DNA of 64,000 nt from Marispirochaeta sp. (GTDB lineage: Bacteria > Spirochaetota > Spirochaetia > JC444 > Marispirochaetaceae): contig CAXXFF010000003.1 in the NCBI GenBank assembly GCA_963676835.2, forward strand, positions 288,001 to 352,000. Direction: 5' to 3'. Every line of letters starts with the position of its first letter. The first letter of the stretch is position 1. A program made the translations under genes and the position numbers. Below, piece by piece: positions 20,152 to 29,705 of the stretch. The notes beneath the pieces are model-generated. The model was not told the DNA's origin, ran no database searches, and saw nothing but the letters and a program-made list of their open reading frames with translations.

Positions 20152-20416
20152 GCGATTCCTCCATTAAGGGAGGATTGTAGGGCATTCATTGATGTCGGCA
20201 TAAGGTGGGGTTTAATTGACGGTTACAAAAAAACAGGTGCGGACCACCAAAGAGTGCGGGGTTGATTATCAATCCCACCAGTCCATATTCTTTTCTTAAT
20301 TGGGCGTACTTTTTAGATTTTAAGTTTCTTAAAGAAAGATTTACCCATAGAGCTTTTACATCTTGCTGTTTCAGTAATTTACTGAAGTGATATTAGTGCA
20401 GATATATCGGGAATTG

Positions 20417-21010
20417 TCAGTTCAGCGTAATAACATCACCTTCGATTGTAAAATACCAGGTTCGGGTTCCTTTATTTTCCCGTATTTTACTGTAAGAATA
20501 TAGACTGCCGCCTGCTATTGAAAATCCCAACCCCATATTCAACGGTATATTCGTTTCTCCGATAGTAGTGGACTCCTCAGGAAGAATAGCTCCCATTAGG
20601 ATGAATGTTCCACCTGCAATCAACCATCCACGACCGATTATCCTGGTCTCAAAAAGTCCTACTTCATCATTGCGAACAATTTGACGAGCATCAATCTTTA
20701 AATTAACTATTGCATCACCCTGCTCTGAATCAAGTAGTTTTTTTAAATCATCACTTAAATCAACCTCAATGACTTTGTCCGAACCTTTTTTAATTGAGCC
20801 GATGATTTCCTTATCCAATTCAAAATGTCTGACTACAGTATATTCATTTTCTTCAATAAGGATCCCATTTTTTGCAATAAAATTTTTTGTTAAAGAAATA
20901 GGGAAAGGCGAATCAACTGCGGTAAAGTCCAAGGTATGATCAATTGTCGTGGAGCATGAACAATAAAACACAACTATATGCATTAATATTAAGAACTTTT
21001 TCATTATCAT
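20417..21010 (-). CDS. Hypothetical lipoprotein/membrane protein
   Basis: MKKFLILMHIVVFYCSC lipobox-like start; C-terminal hydrophobic hairpin. Confidence 0.7.
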   Translation of the reverse strand: MIMKKFLILMHIVVFYCSCSTTIDHTLDFTAVDSPFPISLTKNFIAKNGILIEENEYTVVRHFELDKEIIGSIKKGSDKVIEVDLSDDLKKLLDSEQGDAIVNLKIDARQIVRNDEVGLFETRIIGRGWLIAGGTFILMGAILPEESTTIGETNIPLNMGLGFSIAGGSLYSYSKIRENKGTRTWYFTIEGDVITLN

Positions 21011-21444
21011 TCCTCAAAGGCTGTGCCGGATATCTTTGCACGGTATTCATTATATGTATTTCCGAAAAGATATTTGTAAATGGTAACGTATTGAAGATTA
21101 TCAATGATGATGTATTTATCCAGTTCATTGATTTCCCCAATCAATTGTGAAGAAAGCGGTTCGATTGAGTCTTTTGTTACTTTCTTTGATTTAGTTACTG
21201 TAATATACCCATACGTTGTAGTACTGCTTGAATGAAAACGTGAGCTAAATACTTCCGCTGAAATTTGTCGACCATTATCATGGTCAGATACATGATTCAA
21301 CATCAGAGGTGTATCTTCCGATGAAAAGTCGACAATAAATGTTTTAGGATAATCAACAGTCTGACAGGAACAAAAAAATAGGAGCAGGATTATTATTACA
21401 AGAGGAAACAGAACTATTTTTTTCTCGAAATATAGATTTTTCAT
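21007..21444 (-). CDS. Hypothetical lipoprotein
   Basis: KK + hydrophobic stretch + FFCSC lipobox; overlaps the downstream gene by 4 nt; start uncertain (21444 or 21489). Confidence 0.65.
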   Translation of the reverse strand: MKNLYFEKKIVLFPLVIIILLLFFCSCQTVDYPKTFIVDFSSEDTPLMLNHVSDHDNGRQISAEVFSSRFHSSSTTTYGYITVTKSKKVTKDSIEPLSSQLIGEINELDKYIIIDNLQYVTIYKYLFGNTYNEYRAKISGTAFEE

Positions 21445-21913
21445 CTTTTGCAACCTTATGTTTATAAACAGGTAAGGCTTGATGCACAAATCTTGCTACA
21501 ATTATAACATTTCTCTGTACGATTGCAACTATTATTATCACTACACTTTTTATAGTATTTGAATTCCTGATAATACTTCGTAGGTATCTCACCTAAATAT
21601 ATGAACGAACCGCCCCGCCCCCCAAGGTGGCAATACCGTCCGCCACATTGACATCTCCTGCATGTCAAATAATATACACTCTATATTACCTTTATATACA
21701 AGACTATAGCCGGGCCTCAGATGCTCCAATCCATCCTGGCAACTAAAACTCTCAGGAAATAACCTTCAATCTTTCCAAATTCAACAGCCCAAAACGACTA
21801 TAACCCTACAGTTGAACTATTCGGTAATAATAACAGCCCTTTATTTCGGGATTTTTTGTTCGATACTTTTCGTTTATGTTTGACTTCTTTCTCACATAGT
21901 GTATATTTACAAT

Positions 21914-23164
21914 ATGACCAGCATAAAGCTGAAAAATCTTCGTATTCTGTATTCCGCTCACCTATTTCTCCATTACCTCCCCCTGGGGCTGTTTTTCCCC
22001 GTCAGCACCCTGTTTCTTCTGGATAAAGGTTACTCCCTGGGGTGGATAGGAACCGCCATGGCTGTATATTCGGTTACCGTAACCATACTTGAATTACCTA
22101 CAGGAGGAGTTGCGGATAGATGGGGAAGACTTCTTGTTTACCGTATAAGTCGCATTTTTTACCTGATAAGTCTTGCTCTTATTATTTTCAGCACCAGCAT
22201 AACCATTCTCTGTCTCGGCATGTTCTTTTACGGCGTATCACGTGCCCTGAGTTCCGGATCAATGGATGCCTGGTATGTTGATATGCATGAAAAAGCCGGG
22301 GATGATGAACTGCAGAAGAGCATCGCTTTTTCAGAAGTCGTTGCAACAGCAGGGCTTGGTATCAGTACCCTGTTAGGCGGATTGATTCCTTATCTTGGAA
22401 AAGATATGAATCTTCCCTTTGGACGATACAGCTTCAATATGCTCATTGGAATAGCGGTTGTTTTCCTTCACCTGTTTCTGCACTTTGTCGTATTCACACG
22501 AGAACAATCGGACAATAGCACAACCGATGCCATTAACTTCCTTGACGGTATAACAGGAATTTTCAAGAAATCACGTACACTGCAATTACTTATAGCGGTA
22601 TCATTTGCATTGGGTGTGGGTTTAAGCGCGGTTGAAGGATTCTGGCAGCCGAGAGTACGCGAGTTAAGCTCCGATGCACCTTCAATAATCCTTGGGATTC
22701 TTGCTTCAATCTATTTTTTTACTGCCACTGCAGGCAGTTTATTATCGCTTACACTAATTAAACAGATCGGACAAAAAGCAACCCTTATTTGCATGAAATC
22801 TTTCAACGGAATTGCACTGATAACCCTGGGTCTATGGAGCAGTATTTCCGGTTTCTCCTTTGGATTTGCAATCATTTTTATATTTCATGGAGTAGCAAGT
22901 GTTCCCCATCAAACAATTCTGCATAAATCGATTCCTTCATCTTTCCGCTCAACCCTTCTCTCTATGGATTCTCTTGCTTTAATGACAGGTGCCGGCATAG
23001 CATCAGCTCTCTTCGGATGGCTTGCCCAGATTTATTCCATAACCCTGGTATGGGGAGCAGCGGGAACTCTTGTTCTGTTATCAGCAATTCTGTATTTGCC
23101 CATGGAGACAGCGCCTATGGAGAAATCGGCATTAAAGGAGACACTCAATGAACCTTCAGTATAA
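21914..23164 (+). CDS. MFS transporter (efflux-like)
   Basis: About 12 TM segments; LELPTGGVADRWGR and ALSSGSMDAW motifs; ATG 21914 lies just after TTGACT-16-TATATT. Confidence 0.88.
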   Translation: MTSIKLKNLRILYSAHLFLHYLPLGLFFPVSTLFLLDKGYSLGWIGTAMAVYSVTVTILELPTGGVADRWGRLLVYRISRIFYLISLALIIFSTSITILCLGMFFYGVSRALSSGSMDAWYVDMHEKAGDDELQKSIAFSEVVATAGLGISTLLGGLIPYLGKDMNLPFGRYSFNMLIGIAVVFLHLFLHFVVFTREQSDNSTTDAINFLDGITGIFKKSRTLQLLIAVSFALGVGLSAVEGFWQPRVRELSSDAPSIILGILASIYFFTATAGSLLSLTLIKQIGQKATLICMKSFNGIALITLGLWSSISGFSFGFAIIFIFHGVASVPHQTILHKSIPSSFRSTLLSMDSLALMTGAGIASALFGWLAQIYSITLVWGAAGTLVLLSAILYLPMETAPMEKSALKETLNEPSV

Positions 23165-24182
23165 CAGTGCCGTCGAACTGGTTTCAGCCTTTTTTGCATG
23201 GACCAGCTGGCATCGTCTGACCGAAACAAATCGCATAAAAATGGTTCCGGAAGAACTTCTGGATTGGAAAAAGACACTTGATCAGATATTCCCACACTAT
23301 TCGCTTGAACAGGCAAAACCCCTGGCATCAGAGTTTCTTTTATTGATTTTCTCCCTCTTAAAAGCGGTGGTGATAAAATCTCTTTTAACACCGGAAGAAC
23401 TGCTGAACTGGCTTTACCACTGCAGCGGCAAAGAACTGGCGGAAATGGTAGTAGAAGGAGAAGGATTTCCTTTTTCCCTCGAAGAGATGCTTAAAACCCC
23501 GGAAAAAGGCAAGGAAGCGTTAAAACAATCTCACGGAACAGTGCGCTTAGGCGAAGATGAACGCTTCGTGGATTTTCTTGGACATCCGGATTATTATAAA
23601 ACTAAGCTGCTTATACTTTTAACGGAGTTCCACACCCTTGCCTTCGCCCCGTTCCAGGCAGAAATTACCAGAAAAATGGTTGTCTTCCTTGATTCTGAAC
23701 AAAAGGCTTCTGAAAAAAACCCACAGAAATTTCTTGAAACCAGGCTTCTGATAAAAACAGAAGGCCAAAGCGAGGATATACCCTCAGCTATTTTTATCAG
23801 TTATTATAACTTTATCGACTGCCTTATTCAGGATGAGCCTTCTATTGCTGTCTACGGCTGGAAAAACGCAGAGTCCGTACCGCAGCCGGATTTGGAAGAC
23901 ATTTACAGTTTGTTAACCGATGACACCAGGCGGAGTATCCTTAAGAGGCTCGCCAAAAAAGCTATGTTCAGCAGGGAAATCGCTGAAACCTGGAATTTAT
24001 CTCCTTCCACTGTTTCCTATCATATGACACGTCTCTACATGCTTGGCTTGATCAGCCACCGCACTGGTCCACGGAAACGAATCTATCACGAACTGAACAA
24101 AGAGAGATTAAACGAATTGCTTGAGTTGATAAAATTTGACCTTATAGGAACAGACGATAACGCTTTTACGATAAACAGGTAG
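23148..24182 (+). CDS. Transcriptional regulator with C-terminal ArsR-type wHTH
   Basis: LLTDDTRRSILKRL...EIAETWNLSPSTVSYHMTRL; AAGGAG RBS; overlaps the MFS gene. Confidence 0.85.
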   Translation: MNLQYNSAVELVSAFFAWTSWHRLTETNRIKMVPEELLDWKKTLDQIFPHYSLEQAKPLASEFLLLIFSLLKAVVIKSLLTPEELLNWLYHCSGKELAEMVVEGEGFPFSLEEMLKTPEKGKEALKQSHGTVRLGEDERFVDFLGHPDYYKTKLLILLTEFHTLAFAPFQAEITRKMVVFLDSEQKASEKNPQKFLETRLLIKTEGQSEDIPSAIFISYYNFIDCLIQDEPSIAVYGWKNAESVPQPDLEDIYSLLTDDTRRSILKRLAKKAMFSREIAETWNLSPSTVSYHMTRLYMLGLISHRTGPRKRIYHELNKERLNELLELIKFDLIGTDDNAFTINR

Positions 24183-24399
24183 GCGTTTCTTTAGCATTAC
24201 CAATGAATCTCAAAATAATGGTTTATCAGCAGCTTTTTGAAAATACGCAATAATAAACTCTCAATTTGAGTGTAATTTTTTTTTGAAAACTATCATTCTT
24301 TATGCCGGGCATTCTGCATGAGTTAGCTCCAACATTACAATAGCCAATATATATCATTACACTACAATAAATTACATAATCTGCTCAGAATAATCATCC

Positions 24400-24416
24400 T
24401 TGGCATAATCCTTGCT
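24400..24416 (+). promoter_or_regulatory. Sigma54 (-24/-12) promoter upstream of the PilZ pair
   Basis: TTGGCATAATCCTTGCT fits TGGCAC-N5-TTGC with exact GG-N10-GC spacing. Confidence 0.75.
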
Positions 24417-24472
24417 TTATATTAGTCAGCCAGGTTTTTACATACTGCCTGTATAACCATAGGAGGACAATT

Positions 24473-24799
24473 TTGACTGAAAAAACACTAATTAAACGGG
24501 CACCGCGAATCCCGTTGGATGCCGAAGTTAATTGCGATGGGAACAAATTTGTTTACAGTAAAAACATCAGCGCCTCCGGTATTCTACTTATAGCCGATAC
24601 AGAATGGCCGGAAGGAAAGATTATTCAGTTGAGCTTTCTGCTGCCCAATACAGGAAATAAGGTTACCGCCTTCGGTAAGGTTGTACGAACTAAACGAATT
24701 TCGGAGAATTTCTTTGAAATTGGACTCAACTTCTGGGATATTTCAGAAAAGAACAAGAAAATTCTGGACAATTTTTTTGCCAGCCAACTTAATCAGTAA
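24473..24799 (+). CDS. Stand-alone PilZ-domain protein 1
   Basis: RAPR...NISASG...GKVVR...EIGLNF; AGGAGG RBS with TTG start. Confidence 0.85.
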   Translation: MTEKTLIKRAPRIPLDAEVNCDGNKFVYSKNISASGILLIADTEWPEGKIIQLSFLLPNTGNKVTAFGKVVRTKRISENFFEIGLNFWDISEKNKKILDNFFASQLNQ

Positions 24800-24887
24800 G
24801 GATTTCATTCTGGCTGTAAGTACACTCTATGCTTTTTGTTTTCCTTCCCGTTTTTATAGGTTACATTAAACATAGGTGGACAGATAA

Positions 24888-25211
24888 ATGACAGATAACT
24901 ATCTGACCGCACGAGCCCCCAGATACCCCCTCGATGTAAAAGTTAACTGCGATGGAGATAAGTTTGTATACAGCAAAAATATCAGCGCCTCTGGTATCCT
25001 GCTGATTTCAGACATTGATTTTCCTGAAGGAAGAATATTGCAGATGAATTTTCTTCTACCCGCCGGAGACAAGGAAGTAAGCGCATTCGGTAAAGTAGCC
25101 CGAATAGAACAGGTTTCAGAAAACTATTACGAAATTGGTATCCGGTTCTGGGATATTGATGATGACGACAAGAAACTGATTGAAGATTTTTTTAATAATC
25201 AGACAGAGTAA
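24888..25211 (+). CDS. Stand-alone PilZ-domain protein 2 (paralogue of the upstream gene)
   Basis: RAPR...NISASG...GKVAR...EIGIRF; roughly half of residues identical to PilZ 1. Confidence 0.85.
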   Translation: MTDNYLTARAPRYPLDVKVNCDGDKFVYSKNISASGILLISDIDFPEGRILQMNFLLPAGDKEVSAFGKVARIEQVSENYYEIGIRFWDIDDDDKKLIEDFFNNQTE

Positions 25212-25338
25212 AACCGCCAATTTCCGCATTAACGCAACAATCTGCTCCAAATAATTTGAGAAAACAATATCAGCCACTTATACTAGTCATATAGAAATAC
25301 CTGTTTAAATTATATGAGTTTATGTAAAGGCAGGAGTA

Positions 25339-27180
25339 TTGAAGCTTTTTTTCAGACTGGTGTTAACCATAACACTGGTATTAGCCGGTTTTACCGTCTC
25401 GTTCTCACTTATGGCAAGGTCCATTATTTTCAGCAGTCAGACACGGCAGCTTGAGAATGAGGGTATTTCCTTGCTGAAATCCTATTACACAATGCAGAAC
25501 ACAGCCAAAGATCTTCTCTACGGAGAAATGCAGCTTAAAACCCTCTATCTTCAGTGGCTCAATGCTGTGGAAGATTATAAAACAAGTATGTCTCCCCTTA
25601 TTGCGGAGAACGTAAGCCCCAGGTATAGTCCTGTGTTTCGCAATAAACTTATTAATCTCGCAGAGACCTGGGAAGATATCGAAACAAGACAGCTTTTTGT
25701 CAGTAAGCATATAGATTCCGTACTGAGCATAGAAACCCTGTACGATGCGGAGAAAACAGGCATTTTACCTATCATTCAGATAATACGTGTACGAAATATT
25801 CAGGTACAATCGGATGCAGCATTTGATCTTATACAAATCAGGGACCATCTTAACTACATAACCCGCACTGGTTCCGACAGGCTTATTTTCGCCATTACCG
25901 ACCTTATGGATCAGATAACCGCCGAAACAATTCATATCATGAAAAAAGGACTGTTTCTGTCCCTGGGAATTGTTCTGAGCCTTACGTTCCTGTTCTTTTT
26001 AACCTCCGTATATCTTTCCAGAAAAATTGCCGTCTCAATTATTAAAAACGAAAAGGAAATTATTAAGCTGAACAGGGAACTCGAAAGCAAAGTAACGGAA
26101 CGTACAGAAGAACTGGCTCAGGCTAATGAGGAACTTCTGATAAGCAACGAGACCCTGATTAAAACAAACAGCGATCTTGAAAACACCCTGGAACAGCTTC
26201 ATTTGACACAGGATAAACTGGTTAAAACCGAGAAATTCGCCCTGGTGGGACAAATCTATGCCGGCATTTCCCATGGCTTTAACACTCCCCTTGCAGCAAT
26301 CAAATCCTCAGCGGAAAACATACAGGCTTACCTTACAAAAGTAAAAAACAGTTTTTCCGATTCCGTCTGCCACTGGAAAGCGGAAGATATCCTCAGATGG
26401 AATGAACTGACAACCCAGGTATCAGGCTCCAGCGCAATCGATCTGAACTCAAAAAGAAAGGTCAGAAAAAGAATCAAGTCAGAGCTGGAACTGAACAATA
26501 TCAAGAACCCGGAGTTTATTGCGGATCTTTTTATTCAGATGGAGATCCCGGAGAAGGAAAGTTCCGCATTTATCCAGCTTATAAGGAAAAATGACGGGAT
26601 AGACATGTGCCTGGTCTACTCATATATCTCCGGTCTTAGCTTGTCGGGAAAAATTATCGAAACTTCCCGGCAGAAGCTGTCTGAAATCGTGCGTTCAATA
26701 AAAACAGTTATACATGATGATTTGACAGAAAGCCTTAATTCAATAGATATAGCAGAGCATTTAGAATCAGTAATCAAGATGTACTACAGTAACTTTCATG
26801 ATTTTGTTTTGGAAAGGGATTTCATAACACGTCCTGTTATCACTGCATCGGAAGAAAAACTGGAGCTCATCTGGATCAATATTATCAACAATGCACTGCA
26901 GGCAACCGGGTATCAGGGAAAACTTGTTATATCCCTATATGAATCAGATGGTGAGATACTTGTCTCCTTTACAGATAACGGCCCGGGAATTGATCCTGCT
27001 TTACAGGAAAATCTACTGTCGGGTTTTACCACAACCAAAAAATACGGCGAAGGCAGCGGTCTGGGCTTAACCCTGAGCCAGCGGATTATCGGACAGATGA
27101 ACGGATATCTTTCTTTTGAGAGCATACCCGGCAAAACCACTTTTACTGCACACTTTCTTAAAAAACAGGAGCTGGCATAA
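25339..27180 (+). CDS. Membrane sensor histidine kinase
   Basis: Two TM segments around a periplasmic domain, coiled coil, H-box SHGFNTPL, N-box NIINNALQA, DNGPGI, GSGLGL. Confidence 0.9.
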   Translation: MKLFFRLVLTITLVLAGFTVSFSLMARSIIFSSQTRQLENEGISLLKSYYTMQNTAKDLLYGEMQLKTLYLQWLNAVEDYKTSMSPLIAENVSPRYSPVFRNKLINLAETWEDIETRQLFVSKHIDSVLSIETLYDAEKTGILPIIQIIRVRNIQVQSDAAFDLIQIRDHLNYITRTGSDRLIFAITDLMDQITAETIHIMKKGLFLSLGIVLSLTFLFFLTSVYLSRKIAVSIIKNEKEIIKLNRELESKVTERTEELAQANEELLISNETLIKTNSDLENTLEQLHLTQDKLVKTEKFALVGQIYAGISHGFNTPLAAIKSSAENIQAYLTKVKNSFSDSVCHWKAEDILRWNELTTQVSGSSAIDLNSKRKVRKRIKSELELNNIKNPEFIADLFIQMEIPEKESSAFIQLIRKNDGIDMCLVYSYISGLSLSGKIIETSRQKLSEIVRSIKTVIHDDLTESLNSIDIAEHLESVIKMYYSNFHDFVLERDFITRPVITASEEKLELIWINIINNALQATGYQGKLVISLYESDGEILVSFTDNGPGIDPALQENLLSGFTTTKKYGEGSGLGLTLSQRIIGQMNGYLSFESIPGKTTFTAHFLKKQELA

Positions 27181-27181
27181 A

Positions 27182-27580
27182 ATGACATCAGGGAAAAGCA
27201 GAAAAGTTATTCTTTGTGTAGATGATGAAGCCATAATTCTTTTGTCAATGAAAACATTTTTGATAAATACATTCGGAGACAGGTTCCTGTACGAAACCGC
27301 ATCCAACGGCAGGGAAGCACTTGAAATTATCCATGAACTTAAAGAAGAGGGAAAAGATCTTTTTCTGCTTATAACCGACTGGGTTATGCCGGTAATGAAC
27401 GGTGAGGAACTGATAAACAATCTTAACGATAAATATTCTCAGCTGAATATTGTTGTTTTAACAGGGCTAATGGACAGTTCAACCAGTCAGGAATTGAAAC
27501 AGCGGTCAGATATAGAAGCAATACTGAAAAAACCCTGGCGCCTTGAAGAGTTAACCGAAATTATTCGCAATTTATCCTGA
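27182..27580 (+). CDS. Single-domain response regulator (CheY-like)
   Basis: ILCVDDE, ITDWVMP.MNG, VVLTG, KKPW; ATG 27182 immediately after the kinase stop. Confidence 0.9.
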   Translation: MTSGKSRKVILCVDDEAIILLSMKTFLINTFGDRFLYETASNGREALEIIHELKEEGKDLFLLITDWVMPVMNGEELINNLNDKYSQLNIVVLTGLMDSSTSQELKQRSDIEAILKKPWRLEELTEIIRNLS

Positions 27581-27614
27581 ACCTTCTATACTCTACAGAG
27601 AGGCCCATATATAC

Positions 27615-28979
27615 ATGAAAAGATATGTAAGTATTATATTGCTTCCAAGCATTCTTGTTCTGCTTTTTTCCTGTGCTAAAGAACAATCTGCAGCTGAATC
27701 TGTATCCGGATTGCAGGAAAAGCCGGGCGAAATATTAACAATCATGCTCAACCAGCATCCATACGCCGATGCAATCATTATGAAATTTTCCGATTTCAAA
27801 GAAAAAACCGGTATTGATGTACGTTTCACCGTTACGCCCGAATCAGAATATTTTGACAAATTAACAAGTAATCTTATCAGAGAGAATTCAAGTCCCGATG
27901 TATTTATGACCGGGGTATATCAGGTTTGGGATTATTCCGTAGAAGGCCATCTTGAACCCTTGGATGAGTATATTGCAGACACGAGCAAAACTTCCGAAGA
28001 CTACAATCCCGAGGATTTCTTTCCCAATGTTCTGAATGCTTTCAGATGGGACATGAAAGAAGGACATCCTGTCGGATCAGGACCACTCTGGGCGATTCCA
28101 CTCGGTTTTGAACAGTATGTGCTGGCGTACAACACCAGGATTTTTTCCGAAGAAAGCCTTGCTCCGCCAAAAACAATGGAAGAACTGCTTTCCGTATGTT
28201 CCACTCTAAGAGAAAGGCGGACGGATATTTATCCTCTGGCTGTCCGAGGTTCCCTCAACTGGGCAACAATCCACCCTGGGTTTATGACAACCTTTGCCAA
28301 CTATGGTGCATCCGATTTTATTGTTGAAAATGGCCACCTTAAATCACAAATAAACTCACCCCAATCGAAAAATATGATAAAAGAGTGGATGAAGCTTATA
28401 CAGACAGGGGGTTCTCCTTTCTGGTCCAGTTATACATGGTATGAAGCCAGCTCGGATTTCGGAGCCGGAAAAGCGGCAATGCTCTTCGATGCCGACATAG
28501 TAAGTTACTTTCAATCTCCCGCCGGGGCATCACTGGAAGCGGGAAACATTTCCTGGGTCCCCGCACCCATCCCGGAAAACCTTCACCCCGATAACCGGCG
28601 TTCTAATCTCTGGGTCTGGGGCCTTGCAATGAACAGTCACAGTCAGAACAAATCCGACGCCTGGAAGTTTATTGAGTATTTTACATCACGTGATTTTTTA
28701 CTCTGGGGCGCAATTAACGAGAAAATGGTTGATCCTCCCAGAAAGAGTATCTTTGAAAATTCAGAGTTCCAGGACGTAATAAAGGGTGCTAAAGGATACC
28801 TGGAAACATTTAATGAAACCATAAACGGAACAGGCATTCTTTTTACTCCTCATTCCAATTTTTTTGATGTTACCACAGAGTGGTCTGCAGTGCTGAGAAG
28901 CCTGACAGGAAAAACTGAAAGAGAAATAGACCAGGTTCTCGATAATTTTGCTGATACGCTTAACCGGAATATGCCCTGA
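27615..28979 (+). CDS. Sugar ABC-type extracellular solute-binding lipoprotein (no adjacent permeases)
   Basis: LLFSC lipobox, FKEKTGIDV, FGAGKAAM, WGLAMN..S.NK..AWKFI. Confidence 0.85.
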   Translation: MKRYVSIILLPSILVLLFSCAKEQSAAESVSGLQEKPGEILTIMLNQHPYADAIIMKFSDFKEKTGIDVRFTVTPESEYFDKLTSNLIRENSSPDVFMTGVYQVWDYSVEGHLEPLDEYIADTSKTSEDYNPEDFFPNVLNAFRWDMKEGHPVGSGPLWAIPLGFEQYVLAYNTRIFSEESLAPPKTMEELLSVCSTLRERRTDIYPLAVRGSLNWATIHPGFMTTFANYGASDFIVENGHLKSQINSPQSKNMIKEWMKLIQTGGSPFWSSYTWYEASSDFGAGKAAMLFDADIVSYFQSPAGASLEAGNISWVPAPIPENLHPDNRRSNLWVWGLAMNSHSQNKSDAWKFIEYFTSRDFLLWGAINEKMVDPPRKSIFENSEFQDVIKGAKGYLETFNETINGTGILFTPHSNFFDVTTEWSAVLRSLTGKTEREIDQVLDNFADTLNRNMP

Positions 28980-29201
28980 AGCCACCCTTTGTCGAGAGTT
29001 AACAATATCTTACACTGAGGTATATAAGATTACCTAATTGAAATATGTCCGGTAGTTTTTTACAGAGAAGTTAAATAAAAAGAGTAAAAACTTCTTCTTT
29101 CCTCCTGCTGCAAAAATCTCCATTTAAAAAAATTTTCGTAATTTGTTTTACTGTAATAATTTACATTGCTTAATATTTTTCTCAGCTTAAAAAAACAGTG
29201 T

Positions 29202-29218
29202 TTGGCCGGGTTTTTGCA
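29202..29218 (+). promoter_or_regulatory. Sigma54 (-24/-12) promoter upstream of the 82-aa gene
   Basis: TTGGCCGGGTTTTTGCA with GG-N10-GC spacing, about 32 nt upstream of the ATG. Confidence 0.65.
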
Positions 29219-29250
29219 CTCTCATAGATAATTTTTGTTAAGGAGGTTTT

Positions 29251-29499
29251 ATGGGACTTAGACAAACATGGGAAAAGATTCTGGAATACGCAAGCTCACC
29301 GCTTCACGGAACATTATCCAGAAAACAGCGATCCGGCGTAAAACTGCAGATTAATGAAAGTGAAGTCTTTCAGAATGCACAGATTTTCCTGGGAGAAGAG
29401 TTTATTCGTATCACCGAGAACAAGGAAGGTGAAACAGTAAACATCTACTACGATTGGGAAAAGGTAAGCTCTATCAAGACTGTAAGCAAAAAAGAGTAG
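29251..29499 (+). CDS. Small hypothetical protein (82 aa)
   Basis: Strong TAAGGAGG RBS, own promoter and downstream hairpin. Confidence 0.8.
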   Translation: MGLRQTWEKILEYASSPLHGTLSRKQRSGVKLQINESEVFQNAQIFLGEEFIRITENKEGETVNIYYDWEKVSSIKTVSKKE

Positions 29500-29507
29500 T
29501 TATTCCC

Positions 29508-29540
29508 GGGGGTCTGGAAATCGAATCCTCCAGACCTCCC
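29508..29540 (+). terminator. Hairpin / terminator after the 82-aa gene
   Basis: GGGGTCTGGA...TCCAGACCTCC. Confidence 0.65.
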
Positions 29541-29705
29541 TTAAAGTTATTTTTCCTTCTTCTATCCTTAATCTTATATGAAGTTTGTTTACATTGAGTA
29601 AACTAAGCCTGTTTGAGATACTTTTTCCAGTACTACCATTTTTCCAAGCAACAATGTATAGTTTCAGCTCTACTGAAATAATAATTTTTCAAAGGAGATT
29701 ATATT

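Larger units (their letters stand above)
17861..20226 (-). mobile_element. IS66-family insertion sequence, copy 2 (2366 bp, inverted relative to copy 1)
   Basis: Same terminal IRs; 8-bp target duplication AAAAAAAC at 17853-17860 and 20227-20234; intact tnpABC. Confidence 0.97.

Noticed and set aside
4783..20226. Composite transposon formed by the two IS66 copies
   Set aside because: The outer flanks differ (AATCAAAA vs AAAAAAAC) while each copy has its own duplication, which indicates two separate insertions
24378..25256. Similar 17-mers AATCTGCTCAGAATAAT / AATCTGCTCCAAATAAT flanking the PilZ pair
   Set aside because: Two mismatches in AT-rich sequence; could be a duplication scar or binding site but cannot be told from chance by eye
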